Below are positions 14,341 to 27,499 of a stretch of 64,000 nt of DNA, one piece after another. This DNA is from Gnetum montanum (Eukaryota; Plantae; Gnetophyta). The notes beneath the pieces are model-generated. The model searched no databases. It was not told where the DNA came from and was given only the letters and a program-made list of their open reading frames with translations. Both the position numbers and the translations under genes were made by a program. Positions within the stretch are counted from its first letter, which is position 1; each line of letters starts with the position of its first letter. Where the stretch lies: positions 102,655-166,654 of the forward strand of contig MNCI01002312.1 in the NCBI GenBank assembly GCA_015680685.1. Direction: 5' to 3'.

Positions 14341-17130
14341 ATGGCACCAGGACCAAAGAGACCATAGGAGGAAGGACCATTAGAACCATGGGAGAAACAA
14401 CCTAGAGGAGGGAAGGGACCAACAAAAACATAGTTAGAAATAGGCTAAGGAAACCCATGCAATAGGACCTCCCAGAGAGGAGGTTAAGGTGGAATTTGTA
14501 TGATAGATTCTTGAAGAAGAAGCTACATCTGAACATTCATAGCAAGGTGAGGCACTAGGCCCTATACCCAAACTGAAACTCATACTCACTCAAGCTTACT
14601 CAACATAATAGGAAACTATGAGGCTTCAAAAGATGTCAGAACTCATCTATAAGCCTCTTTCATGTGGCTAATCATTACTTCTAGTAGGAAGTAGTACATG
14701 GAAGAATAATAGGAAAGTAAGAAACACTTTGAAAATTAAGGATATCCAAGTGTCTTACTTGGTAGAAGCCATTGGGTAGGCCCTTGGGTTGCTAGAATCA
14801 GGAACATAGCTAGTAAAGCTATCCATGCAAGTTGATCGTGGAGCAAAGAAGGAATGAACTTAATGGTGTTATGGGTTTGACCATAAGGAGTTTAGTACAC
14901 TCACATTGGTGAACTGAGTCTATTTTAAGATAGCAACCTACCACCTCAATCCAACAGTAAGACCCAGTAAGGTAACAACCTTCTCCACTTGAGCATGAAT
15001 TGCTCTATGTGAAAAATTTCCAGAACATCTACCACAACTAATCAATCTAGAGATAAAGAAGTGCTTCAAGGATAATGAACATGGAAGAAAAACCTTGCCC
15101 TTCTCCTACTTAATCAGAAAAGTATGTAGAAGGGAAAGGATATTCTGCTATGCAAATGATACACTTAGGCATGCTCCTAATGCTTCGTTGGTCGAGATGA
15201 TGAAAGAAAAGACACCTACCATGACCATAGAAGAGGAGTAGCAACAGCCACCTCCATCACCTACTCATGAGAAACCAATGAAGGACCATACTATAGTTAA
15301 TTTCATGTAGAAAATTTGAGAGCAGCTCTTGCAAAAATAGGAGAAACAAGAAGAAACTAGTGATGGAGACCCATCTATATATAGACTGGCCATGGGTCAT
15401 CTCAAAGAAGTGGCTTGCACAATTAGCCAAATAGAGGGAGGTAGATAAATGTTTTCTACCTAATGAACACAATTTCATGTGAGGTCATATCCAAGTTCTT
15501 GAGAGGTGACAGTGTCTCTCTCAACATCATCTATTCCTAGAAATATTTGGGAATGCTGCTTCCTTTATGCACTTGAAGGAGGGTAAGGAGGAAACCATAT
15601 TACTGATGTAACACTAGGGGAAAGAGATAGCTATAGAGATTGTTGCTAATCAAATCACTGAGGCATTAATTGCACCTACGATGCCTGAGCTAGATGTTTT
15701 TGCACTAAGAGATGTGTCAATGTCCACAGGGATAATCAACAGAAGATTAAGTGTAGCCCAGCATGAAGAATTGGTGGACCAATTGGTGGGAACCAGGCAA
15801 TTAATTCTAGATATCTTTGATTTTTTTGATACCATCACTACAAACTAGGTAAAGCTATTAGAGGCAAAGGGCAAGTGCCTCATCTTAGAAGGGAAACTTA
15901 AAATAGCTCAAGCACATAATCAATGCTTGGCTATAGAAGTTGCCAAATTACATGTCTAAATTGCTAACCCCATTTTTATCAACTCTACATTGACACGAGA
16001 CAAATATTTTCAATATCTTCAAGAATAGCTAAAGTAAGTTGAGGGAGAAATGGTTATGATGGTGTTCAATTAGTCCATAATAGAAGCCAAAACTCATTTA
16101 ATATGAAGGGACGTGATGCAAATGTGCAGGAAAATGAGACCTTGACTGTAGAGAACCATCACCTACGAAATGTTCATATGTAAAAACAATAGTTAGAAGA
16201 ATTTATCCATCAATAGTAGGAGAAGCTCACCAGAAAAAACATTAAATTGAGGAGACTAGCAATGAAGAATTATAATCTCTCCATGGAAGAGGTCCATGCT
16301 TTACGTCAGAAATTAACCATTGAGATTACTGCCTAGAAAAATGAGGCTTTGAAATTTGAAAAGGTAAAAATCATTATAGAGACTAGGTTGGCCTATAGAA
16401 AGAGGTGAATGAAAAACATATCCAATTGGTGAAGCCAAAGGTTAATGAAGCCCTCCAACAACTCCAACAAGGTAGAGAAATGTGGCAACCCATTTTTGAT
16501 GGGATTGATGCCTACAATAAGACAAAAATATGCATGTAGGAGTTGCAGATTGAAGAGATGAATGAATACATGAAGTTATTCATTCTTTTCTATGCAAACT
16601 TTGTGATGATGACTATCGAATGGCCATAGTTTGATCTTGAAAAATAAGTGGCCAGCTTGTACTTATTGTACAAGGCTGAGTTCAAGAATCATAAAGACAC
16701 CAAGCAAAAAATTGCAGTGGAAAATACTAAACTTGAGGTTCTCAAGGAAAAATTTATTAATCAATGATCAGTTTTAGAGAACCTAGCCAAAAGAATGAAC
16801 AACTACTAGGTGCTACAAGACATACTCTGAGCGTTCGACATTGAGCGCAAGTAATTCGTAGCCTAGTTTGTTAATGTTAAGGAGCTATTTCTAATTTTGT
16901 CTTTTCCTTGGGATATTCCAATTCTAGCCCACATCGATGAATCTATGTGGACCATGAATGATCCCAAGAGTAAAGAAGAGAAAATGAAGGTATTTCTGGA
17001 TGGTTTTCACCTTTCACCTAAAGTCATAGTAGCAATAGGATAGCCACAACTACCTTGACCACCATACATGCTTGAAGCTAGTGAAGGTCCCTCAGAACCT
17101 TAGGATCCACCACCACTTGGGATTGTTTGA
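14341..17130 (+). pseudogene. Extra ORF (ORF2, env-position) of copy B, ~930 codons, disrupted
   Basis: Starts ATGGCACCA (MAPGPKRP). Plant-transposon-type domain (LINLEIKKCF..RKTLPFSYLIRKVC) followed by a coiled-coil region. Collinear with 43951-46720. Confidence 0.8.
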
Positions 17131-17375
17131 CCTTCTTCACCAACCTCACATCATCAAAGAATGGGTTGTTTAATTTTGAAGAATCATGTCATGGTGTTCA
17201 ATTTTGTGTCATGAACATCATAATTTTTTGTAATGTGTTGATCTGTACACTAGGCACTCAGTATTGTTATGATTATTTTGTCTTATTTTGTTATGCCAAA
17301 ATCCAATTAATAATCCCATACCTTTCCAAGTTTGTAAAGAACTTGAGGACAAGTTTTTATTCAATCATGGGGGTA

Positions 17376-18322
17376 TGATGACTCTCAATTTGGTGCATCA
17401 ACTGGGCCTTATCGACTAGGCCTCATCGACATAATCTATTATGTTGACACAACCTCATCGATTAGGCCTTGTTAACTAGGCCTCGTTGATGTAGTCTGTT
17501 ACATCAATATGGACCTGTCAATGTAGGGGTCTATCCTAGCCTATAAAGACATGCTCACCAGCAATATTTATGGCATCTACTTTTCCAAGTAGTAGCCAAG
17601 ATCTTGTAGTTTGTTCATTTGAAAGTTATAATATTTTTCTTAAGTGCCTACAGTAGGAGTCATTAAGTGCATGGATCTTTATTTGAGCACTATTGTACCT
17701 AAGCATGACAGTGTGTGCAACAATAAAGATAAAATTTGTGATACACCTTGTAGCATTCTAGACAGATTAAATGTTTCATTTATACATTTAATATTTTTAG
17801 TTAATTATTCAATATATTTTAGTAATAAAGCTAATTAAGTGAGATAAGCTAGATAGATTAAATACATAAGTATGACCACTTCGAGTGTAACAAATATTTG
17901 CTTGGTAACCCTAGTAGCATTATTGCTTGGTTCACCTAGTAGCGTAGTGCTTGGTAATCCTAGCAATAGGTATGTGGGTTCAAGATGTGTATGGTAAGTG
18001 GGACTAGATGCTTATGTTAGGATTAGTTAGACATGAGTTAATTCATTAGATCTCAGTAGTATTCAATCATCTTACCTTTATATTTTTGCATCAAAAACCC
18101 TAAAATCCTAAAACCATAAAAATCATATACCTTGATTACACTTAACCATACCATGTACATCACAAGTGTAATTGGGAAGACAACAAAAAACCTTAAGGTA
18201 AGGTTTACTTCCAAGAAGACTAGTGCACCGGAAACTATAAAGTCCACGGAATTTGATTGGATATTACATAAATGCTTTGTGATTCATATGGTTGGGCATA
18301 GGGCTACCTTTGCTACTCATCA
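17376..18322 (+). repeat. 3' LTR of copy B
   Basis: Follows the PPT; direct repeat of 4248-5153 with extra short 5' repeat units. Confidence 0.95.
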
Positions 18323-21300
18323 ATTATGCTCTTGGATTGAAGAAATGAGGACTTCTATCTTTAGATCAAATTCCTTTTAATAGCTTCAATGATTAACATA
18401 ATTGAAGCTATAAATATAATAAAGAAGTACCTAAATTTAATCATCATAATAACATCAAGCATAGAGAGGATTAAATCTCATATAATCTTCCATAAAAACT
18501 TATAAATAAAAATTAAAAATAAAGGTTTTAAAATGGCCTTCTCTCCTAAACACATTCAACCTCATAAGGATGCAAAAATAGCTCCATAATAAACTCATAT
18601 TTATTTCTCTATCTTAATCAATTGGTAATGATGCTTCTTCTTGATCAATATTGATCTTTAATTTTCTTTTGATGTTGCACCTTCTTAATGTCTTCTTAAG
18701 TGATGTTTTCTTTGATGCTTCTTATCTTGATGTTACTTCCTTTTCTTGATTTCGATATTTTATTGAACTTAGCACCTTTCTTAACATTATTATTCTTCTT
18801 TGATGAGAGAATTTTGTAGCACTATTTGGAACCATTATGATTGATTAAGTCCTTAGAGACTTTGATAAACTTGAGTTTGAGATTATTGAATTAGATTTAA
18901 ATTTTTCTTTGTGCTATTCTCTGTAAGCTTTCTTCTTCATTCTTTGTGCCTTAATTATTTGTTTACTTTGGTGACTTAATGTATCGCTTGAAGCTTACTT
19001 CATTCTTCTAGCTTGGATGTTATTACTTTTATGATCTTAATCTTGAGTAATTTGTCTTAGATCTTGATAAATTTGATGATTTTTTTCTTGAGGTATGAGG
19101 CTTGATAATTTCATCTCTTATGGATTCTTTGATTTTTGGAATTTTCTCTCCTTTAAGACTTCTTATCTTTGATAATTTGAGACTTCTCTTATTTGGATCT
19201 TTAAGGCTTGGAATATTTAGTAAACTATTTCTTTTTCATTACTTTAGGCTAACCTTTGTTCTTCATTATTGAGGCTTTTTCAATTTTCTTATGTGTAGTG
19301 CTTTGATTATCTTCTCATTCTTTTGTTTTTTTAGCTCATCGAGAGAGTTTGATGGCTAATTTTGAGTCATATTTTTAGCTAGGTATTCTTGTTCTTTCCT
19401 TATCATTATTTCCTTCATTCATTTTAGGATTCTCTCTTTTTCTTGGCTTTTATGCCATTACATTATCTCTTAGTGCTTAGAAATTTTAGGATCATGTAGG
19501 TCATCAATATTAAGATTCCATGAATCATTACATCTTTCCACTTGGACATCTATACTTGGCCACTTAACTTATAATTTGAGAGCCAATTAGTATGCTTATG
19601 ATTGAGTATTCTTTCAAATCAAACTTAGCTTCTTGGGTAGAGTCTACTTGGGTTGTTAATCCTATATTTTTTTAATAACTTTTGGTTATGGGCCCTTTTA
19701 GGTTACAGTGGTCTCATTGGGCTTTTTTCCTTGGGTACCATTCTTCTTATTTAACCTTTCACTTACTTGCCTTGTAGGAACAAACATGTAGGATTACCAC
19801 TTAAGCTTACAATCATAGGGATTTTTGAGAGAAAATGAAAAGTATCCTCTTTGAGTACATATGAAGAAAATGACATAGAAACATGCTAGAGTCATGAATT
19901 TTCCATCTTTATTGAATTACAGTAAAGAGAGGAACATATGTGTTTTTTGAGCTCAACATACAACTATAATGAATACATCACTGAAGGGGTTTAAGGATAA
20001 GATGAGCCTCTTCTTGAAATATTAATGTCTCATAGATGACTATGTCAAATAATTTACAAAATAAATGCATCATTAAGTTGAGTTTAGATACTATGCCTTC
20101 TTACTACTTATGTACATATTCATATTACATCTCTAATAATAATAGTTATGCCTCATATTTAATAATTTCTTTACAATACCTCATCAAACTTCTTCAAACA
20201 TGATGCCTTATAAAACTTCAATTAATGATGCCTCCTTTAATTCTTTTATTTTATCATTAATTCCATCTTATAATTTTTTACACCACATATTTTAAAACCT
20301 AAAAAATAGAAACTCAATGCTCTGATAAAATTATTAAGGTTTATGTAGATGGAATCATGATGGATCTTGAAGTATAACAAAAGTTGAAAATTTTAGGTTT
20401 GAGTTAAGGTGGTTGTAAAATATCAAACCATGACTTGACTATGAGTTAAGGATGGTTGTGAATTATGTGTTTTTATCTTGTTGTAAGTTCATAATAAGTT
20501 ATGGTGGAGGTTGAGGCTAACGTTTTAGACAATCATGAGTTAATCTAATGTTGACCACAAATCATGGTCTATACATTTTGAATAACCAAGAGTTGGCCAT
20601 GACTCACATTGAATGACTAAAAGGTGATTGTGACCCCACCTTGGGTCATAATATATACTTTATTTTACTATATTGGTTGCAAGCTAGATGCAAGGAACCT
20701 TGTAAATCATGCTACTCTTGGTTTTGAGTGCAAGTTAGACATAAGCTATCAACAATGGCTTTGATATCACAATAAATGTAAATATATAAAGAATAAACAT
20801 CGAATCTACCTTGGTCTATGTGCTTAAGAATGGATGTAGCAATAAAAACTTAGGCAAAGAAATATGAGATTATTAATCTATTTATGTGTAGATTTAGGTT
20901 AAATTCATTGTGAATTCAACCTCATGTTTTGGTAGTTAGAGTAGGTAGCTTGGCAAGGCATATGGATTGAAAATGGGCTTAATATCATGAATAGAATAAC
21001 CAAATCTTTACAAGAATATAAGAGGATCAAGGTTTATGAAATGTGAGGTAAAACTTAATAATTAAACATAGAAAATTATTCCCATGCATTCAAGAGATGA
21101 TGACTTATATCTTTACATTAAATACCCTTAAATAACTTCAATGTTCAACATAATTGGAGTTGTAAATACAACAAAGAAGTGCCTTGATTTAATCATCACA
21201 ATAATATCAAGAATAGAGAGGCTTTGATATTTTCTAAAATTTTATAAAAAATTACAAATAAAGATTCAAAATAGAGGCTTCAAAATAACCTTCTCTACTA

Positions 21301-21382
21301 AACACATCCAACCTGGTGACAATGAAAAACAAAACCTCCACAATACATTCATATTTATCCTCCTATCTTCATCAATTCAACA
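18323..21382 (-). mobile_element. Very degenerate Copia-like (tRNA-Met PBS) LTR element remnant
   Basis: 18330-18625 is a diverged direct repeat of ~21085-21380. The minus-strand terminus reads TGTTGAA at 21382. Reverse PBS-like strings ggctttgatatcac (~20757) and gctctgataaaa (~20319). Confidence 0.4.
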
Positions 21383-22426
21383 TGTTCAACTTAGTGGGAA
21401 AGAAACATAACTAAACATAATAATTATACAAGCTTTGAAGCCATTATACATGCTATTTTATTTGTACAAACACTTACTTCTACACCAAACATAATAAAAT
21501 TTAATTAAATATATGCATGGAATGTTAGATTTTTATTTTACATCACTTGGATAACTCTAATTACCCAAGGATCTAAGCCCATAAGAAAATTTTACTTTTA
21601 TATATCATCTTAAAAAATTCATAACTCTCAAGGATNCTTTTACTTTTATATATCATCTTAAAAAATTCATAACTCTCAAGGATATATATCATTCTTCTTA
21701 ATCACTTTCTTGTGTTTCTTTGCAATCTCTTTTTGACTTGCTTGTACATTGGCTAGTTCTCTGTGAACTTATCTTATCTTGTCTTCATGGATTACTATCT
21801 TGATTCTTTAGACTTTATGAAATAATTCATAGTATTTTTATTTTCTTAATCATTTTAACCTTCTAGATGAAATTATTTTCTAATTTAAGAAATTAGACCA
21901 ACATAATCATGTTACAACTTGGACCTCCTCTTCCTGTTTAGGAAATTAGAGTTTATGGTATAGGAACTGCACTTATCTCTTACAACACTTACTTCTTAAA
22001 TTTAAGTCACTTCTTTAACCATTTGGTTATGTTCCTGGGATCTTGTTACAAGCTCTATATTTTGTAACATCTACTTTATATATTTGAGTTACGAATTACT
22101 TTGACTTCTTTATATACCATGGTGTCTTTATTTCTTAGTGCTCTTATATTTATTGATCCATTATTTCTTCTTTTTTCTTCATATACACATTTTCACACAT
22201 ACATACACTTTGAAACTTCAATTTTGGTTATTAATAATTTATAAAAATATTGTGAATATTCTTAGGCTATGAATCACACATTTTCCTTACAAATTAATGA
22301 AGGTTATAAATGGTCTTAAGAGATTATAAAACTAATGATTGTACATTAACTTATGAGTATATTATAACATGAAACTTAGAAAGAAAACAAGACAAAATTA
22401 AATATAAATGAAGAAGCATGAGAGAA

Positions 22427-25151
22427 TGTGACATCCTTGAGATGCATGAGCTCTTACAATGGAACTAAATCTTGTGAAAAAATCATGAGGGTTTGTATTT
22501 GGGTATGAGAGTTATGAGATCTTTGTCTTGAGAGAATGAGAGAAATGCATGAAATCATTATAATAAATGTAAGAGATTGATATATGAACTTTAATAATTA
22601 GAGACTACCATGGGAGAACCTAGATTAGGGAAAACTATTACTAAAATTGCAAGAAAGAAGGAGAGTGTTCTATTAGGAGCTTCAAAATAAGGCAACCATT
22701 CAAAGGAATAGAAAATGGAGCATGAAAGGAGAAAGAAAAGCTTAAGGTAATTCATCTTCACTTCATTGCATAATGTTCCATTGTGCTTCTACATGGAGAC
22801 TCTTGGCCAAATTTGGCATGCTTCTCATGAATGCTCTATAAATCTCTTCTTTCTCTTTTGGGATATTTCCTCTTTGCATGTCTTTTCTATGTTGTTTTTT
22901 GTTCTAACTTTCTTGGCTATCTAGCCTTCTTTTAGTATATAATTTCAAAGAATAAATAAAAACAACTAAATAACTTTAGAGCCTTGGTAATGAATCCTAA
23001 AATTAATAAATATATAAAGTTTGGATATTGTACCATATCACATGTTCAACCTAAGCCTAGATCATGTAAGAACTGATTGGTAACATAAAGCATGCAAATT
23101 AAATCATTGAAATAAGTAAATGGATCACATAACATAATAGAAGATCATAAATCACTCCATAAAAATATCAAAACTAAATAACCAAATAAGAATGAAACAC
23201 ATACATAAATAATACATATATAACATCATCCTTTAATATTTCTATACATATAAGTGTATCCAAGATAAAGACATAGTAGCTAATATTCCAAAACATCACA
23301 TCATATTAATCTATATGTCTGGAACCTATACTATTACTATGTACATCGTATAAACATCATACATAAGAGTCATAACTTGTAGTTAGTTTAGACCTATACC
23401 ATCTACAAAAACATCCATCTCACATGTAAAACTATGTAACATAAAGTACAAGAATATAGAAGTAAGACCTTCATCATCTTCCTTGATCTTACTAGTCTCT
23501 TTAGCTTCCAACTCTATCACCTCTATATAAATGGAATCAATGCATGAATGAATTAAATTCATTACATACCTCTTGTAGATGTAGAGTATGGTGCTATGTG
23601 GGAGTTTAGCTATGGAGAAATCAAAAAGGCTTGCATCAAGGTCAATACATCACATGCATAACAAGCATCTAGCCACATTAACCACAACCTATACATTTAA
23701 CATATAGCACAAAACCAACTGATTCATGTCTATGACACATACATCATATTCATAGTATCATAATACCACTATTACAAAATATAGACTTTACACATAATCA
23801 TAATCAATATAGTCTTTCAAAATTATTTAATTTAAGAAATTACATCAAAATCATTCATAACACAATACCCCATCATCCTATTCTTTGAGGGACTCCTAAC
23901 ACATGCTCATGACACATCACCACCAAGCTCATGCATATAACACATATAATCTAAGCATAATACATAATCCATAACATACTTCCCTAACAACTAGTCCCTC
24001 AAGAAAAACATGTCATTCATGGTAGCTGATACATCTTCATTCTATATAATGTATGATATCATTAACATGAGTACTTATAATACAATCCATGCCTATAGAT
24101 ATTTCATTAGTTTTATTATTACATATCATAATTGGTGCTAGTACTTATTGTCTCATCTACATTCCTAGGTCACTAACCTTATGAAGGATGGATTTGTGCA
24201 TGTCCATATGCCTCAAGAACCTATATTGATCATAGACCCAACCTATGCCATCTCATTCTTAGTATGAGAATTGAGATAGAAGCGTTATTGATGTATCTAG
24301 TAGGGATTATTTTAACTCCTCCATGATGTTTCATCATTAACTGATCCACACCCTAATGTCAACTCCAACACATTACATACATTGCATGCACAAATAATTT
24401 AAAAGAGACACATAACACATTTATAAATACCTAGCTACCATTTACATAAATGGATCATTGTACAAACATAATATAATACATTAGTTTGTGGGCCTAACAA
24501 ATAGTGATACGAGTATCACCTTAAGACACAAGAATTATTTCTTGGTCATAACACATAAGTCTTATTTACTTTCAACTTTGAACAAACATGCATCACTCAT
24601 ACATTAGCTACAATATAGATCATGAATAATGAATTACTTGTAGTGGTCCATTATAAAGGATAAAAACCTAATTATGCCTCATGTTGGTCTCATGCCTTTT
24701 CATAAAAATTAGTTCTTCACTTGTTACATAAAGAGAATTCCAATTGTAATCAAACTGTAATGGCATTATAACTATACCTTGCTCATGCTCATTGAGAAAA
24801 GAGAAACTAAAATTTTTCATGGCAATGTTGTGATCCCACTACAATTATCTACCACTTTCACCCTTATCCTTGATCATGTTGCAATCCATCTTCTTCTTAA
24901 AAACCCTAGTGCAACCATGTCACAACACATGTGCAACCTATTTGTGACTTGTGCTTGCAAAAATAAATAAATAAATTTTATGTTAAAAAGAAAAAATACA
25001 AAGTCCACCATATGGCATCTAGTAAGAGTATAGGCTTCAAATTACATCACCTAGGCCTAGGTGGCCAACAATGGGATTTCTATTATTTCTAAAATCATTA
25101 ATCAAATTATTAATATTAACCATCTAAATCATGTCCCTCATAGGAGTTACA
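22427..25151. mobile_element. Degenerate LTR-derived sequence (probably one or two chromovirus-type LTR remnants)
   Basis: TGTGACATCC at 22427 and GGAGTTACA at 25151; CAT/ACA-rich strand bias typical of a reversed LTR. No TSD confirmed. Confidence 0.3.
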
Positions 25152-25199
25152 CCTCAAGATCAAACACATACATATGGAATATTCAATGAATCGAATACT

Positions 25200-26540
25200 C
25201 ACGAACACCATATAAAATTTTTTTTAAGGAGAAAGGAAAACCCCATTCTATAGTGATCAAGGTACATTTAGAAAGAAAAAAAAATTACATAAGTTAAATA
25301 CATCTAAAGAACTAGACAATCCAAAACATAAGAAAGAATATCCATCATCTAGTGAGGTACAAGAGGACTTCATTCCAGAATAAAGTTATTAAAATAAGGA
25401 CCAACAAACCCAACAAAAAAGTAAACATCAAAACACATCCCTGTGAACAAAGGAGGTACTCATTATCTTAGTTCTTTAGCTATTTTGGTAAATCAAGTAG
25501 AGAGAGCAAGGTGAATAGAAATAAAAATGATTTTTCCCAAGAAGATGAAACTATTTTGACCAAACCATACGTAGTAAAGTAGGGATAGAAGAAATACTTT
25601 AATTTTTCTCTTTTACTAGGTCAAATGAATATGTGCTCATTGATTAAGGATATTCACAAGATTGGACATGTGGATGTTAATTCCTATAAGATTTTTTAAA
25701 TAATTTCAACAATCATTATTCAATGGGCAAGTAAATAAATAATTATCAATAGTATCTTTGTTACTTTTGCATCTCTTACAAATATCATTGTTAATGAGAT
25801 CCTTATGCTTGAGAACTATTTTGACTATGTGGTGTTTAGGAACAATAGCTACATACCACCATGTACTCTTTAAGGAATATTTTTAATATTAAAATTAGCA
25901 TTATATGCATGTTGCACTTTGTAGCTATCATGATTAGCCTAGTGGAACTACCCATTGGAATTTTTAATAAAAATGAAAAACTAGGTTTGAATACATTAAA
26001 AGCTATACCATGTTGCTAAAGCATGAGAGACTATAGGGGCATTATGGAATAAGAGACAATCATATAAATATTCATCCTTCATAATACTAGCCTAAGGCTT
26101 CTTCACAATCTATAATTGAAAAATAAGTTTACCAAGAATAGCGAAGTTCACATTTTTTTGAACTCTAACATCCTAACTACCTTTACTAATGTTCTTACAA
26201 ATGGTCTACCAATTAATAGAAAGAAAAGATTTTTCTCTTGATGAGGACCAAATAAAAGATATTTCAAGTTTTTGTAGTGATGTAAGAAGTAATTACAGGG
26301 CTTTAGAATATGAAAGAAGGTAAAGGACCATATAAATCTTATTAATTTTATCATGAGACAGACAAAAATGAATAATGATCTCAAAAAAAAAATAGAAGAT
26401 GAATAATAAATTTCATTTGATATTTGGTAAACATGTTGATGAGTAGTGGAAAATTCCAATGCTTAACCATTTAAGTAAAATTTGATCACATGCAATCAAA
26501 TCATAATGTATGGATAGACAATGTAAGTATACTATCTAGT
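25200..26540 (-). mobile_element. LINE (L1-type) ORF2 3' fragment
   Basis: Minus-strand translation gives DICKRCKSNKDTIDNYLFTCP (zf-RVT-like, ~25720-25790) and LLYYVWFGQNSFIF (YxIWxxRNxxIF-like, ~25545-25585). Confidence 0.6.
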
Positions 26541-27290
26541 TGATAGTAAGTTCATGATCATTGTCTTTCCACTTAGAGGTAGCAAGGTGTAAAATGTATG
26601 GTTTAACTCTTAGTGAGGTATACGATTAAATAATGTTTGTTAGCTTTAAGTATGCTAAAATTAAACATAATGGAAATGATTATAAATTTTAATTCTAAGT
26701 GCAATGAAAATGTAAAATTATTCTATCTTATGGCAATAAGAATCCATTTTTGGTTTTCCATGCATGTCATGAGCTAATGGAACTATTACTGGGATTACTA
26801 AGTAACTTTACTACTAGATTACCAAACAATTAAACTTTACACTCAAAACTAGTCTTACGTATTCCACCTTTACTAATGAACATTAGAATATTAAATGACT
26901 TAGTAAATGTAAAAACGTGGTAAAAAGAAACAACATAGGAAAGTAAACCTATTCTATGTGAGATGTTGCAATGATGAAGAATAATCTTGATCTTTATTAC
27001 CATTCATGAATTATGTTTAGGAAGAGTCCACTCAAATAAAGATGTTGTATAACTATAATTCACTAGTCTATGGGCATTCACAACTAACTCTAATTTTATG
27101 GAAAAAAACTACAATAATTTCACTAAGTGTTAGTCAAAAAATTATTTTTGATGTAATGGTGGACTTATATTTATAAGCATAACCATGACCTACTAAATCA
27201 TATCTACAAAATCATATATTGGTCTATGATATCACATCTATGATATTGGAGATATGATATCATAGTCCTTAATACAAATGTATTTTTTCA
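26541..27290 (-). repeat. 3' LTR of copy R (~750 bp)
   Basis: PPT-adjacent TGA start and ATCA end; TATA gcttataaata on the minus strand at ~27170. Confidence 0.65.
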
Positions 27291-27499
27291 TACCCCCAAA
27301 ACTAACTAAAAACTTGTCCTCAAGGTCAAACAAAAGAAGGATAGAGTTAATTACAAACTTGTGGGGTTACATGGACTTGAAATCATGACATATATATACA
27401 TGACTATCTCTACTATGATTGCTACATTTTTGTTCGAGTTGTATTACAAAATTATCATGAAGTGCATGATTGATGCATAGAAAAAGCAAAATAAAATAA

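Larger units (their letters stand above)
4248..18322 (+). mobile_element. Full-length degenerate Athila-type Ty3/Gypsy LTR retrotransposon (copy B, ~14.1 kb)
   Basis: Two LTRs TGATGA...CTCATCA; perfect 5-bp TSD ATTAT (4243-4247 / 18323-18327); gag-PR-RT-RH-INT order; extra ORF; PPT catgggggta before the 3' LTR. Confidence 0.95.

Noticed and set aside
21587-21685. ~48-bp tandem duplication
   Set aside because: Flanks a single N at 21636; the same scaffolding artefact.
21700-22180. Possible endogenous caulimovirid ORF on the minus strand
   Set aside because: Only a purine bias; no recognisable motif in any frame I translated.
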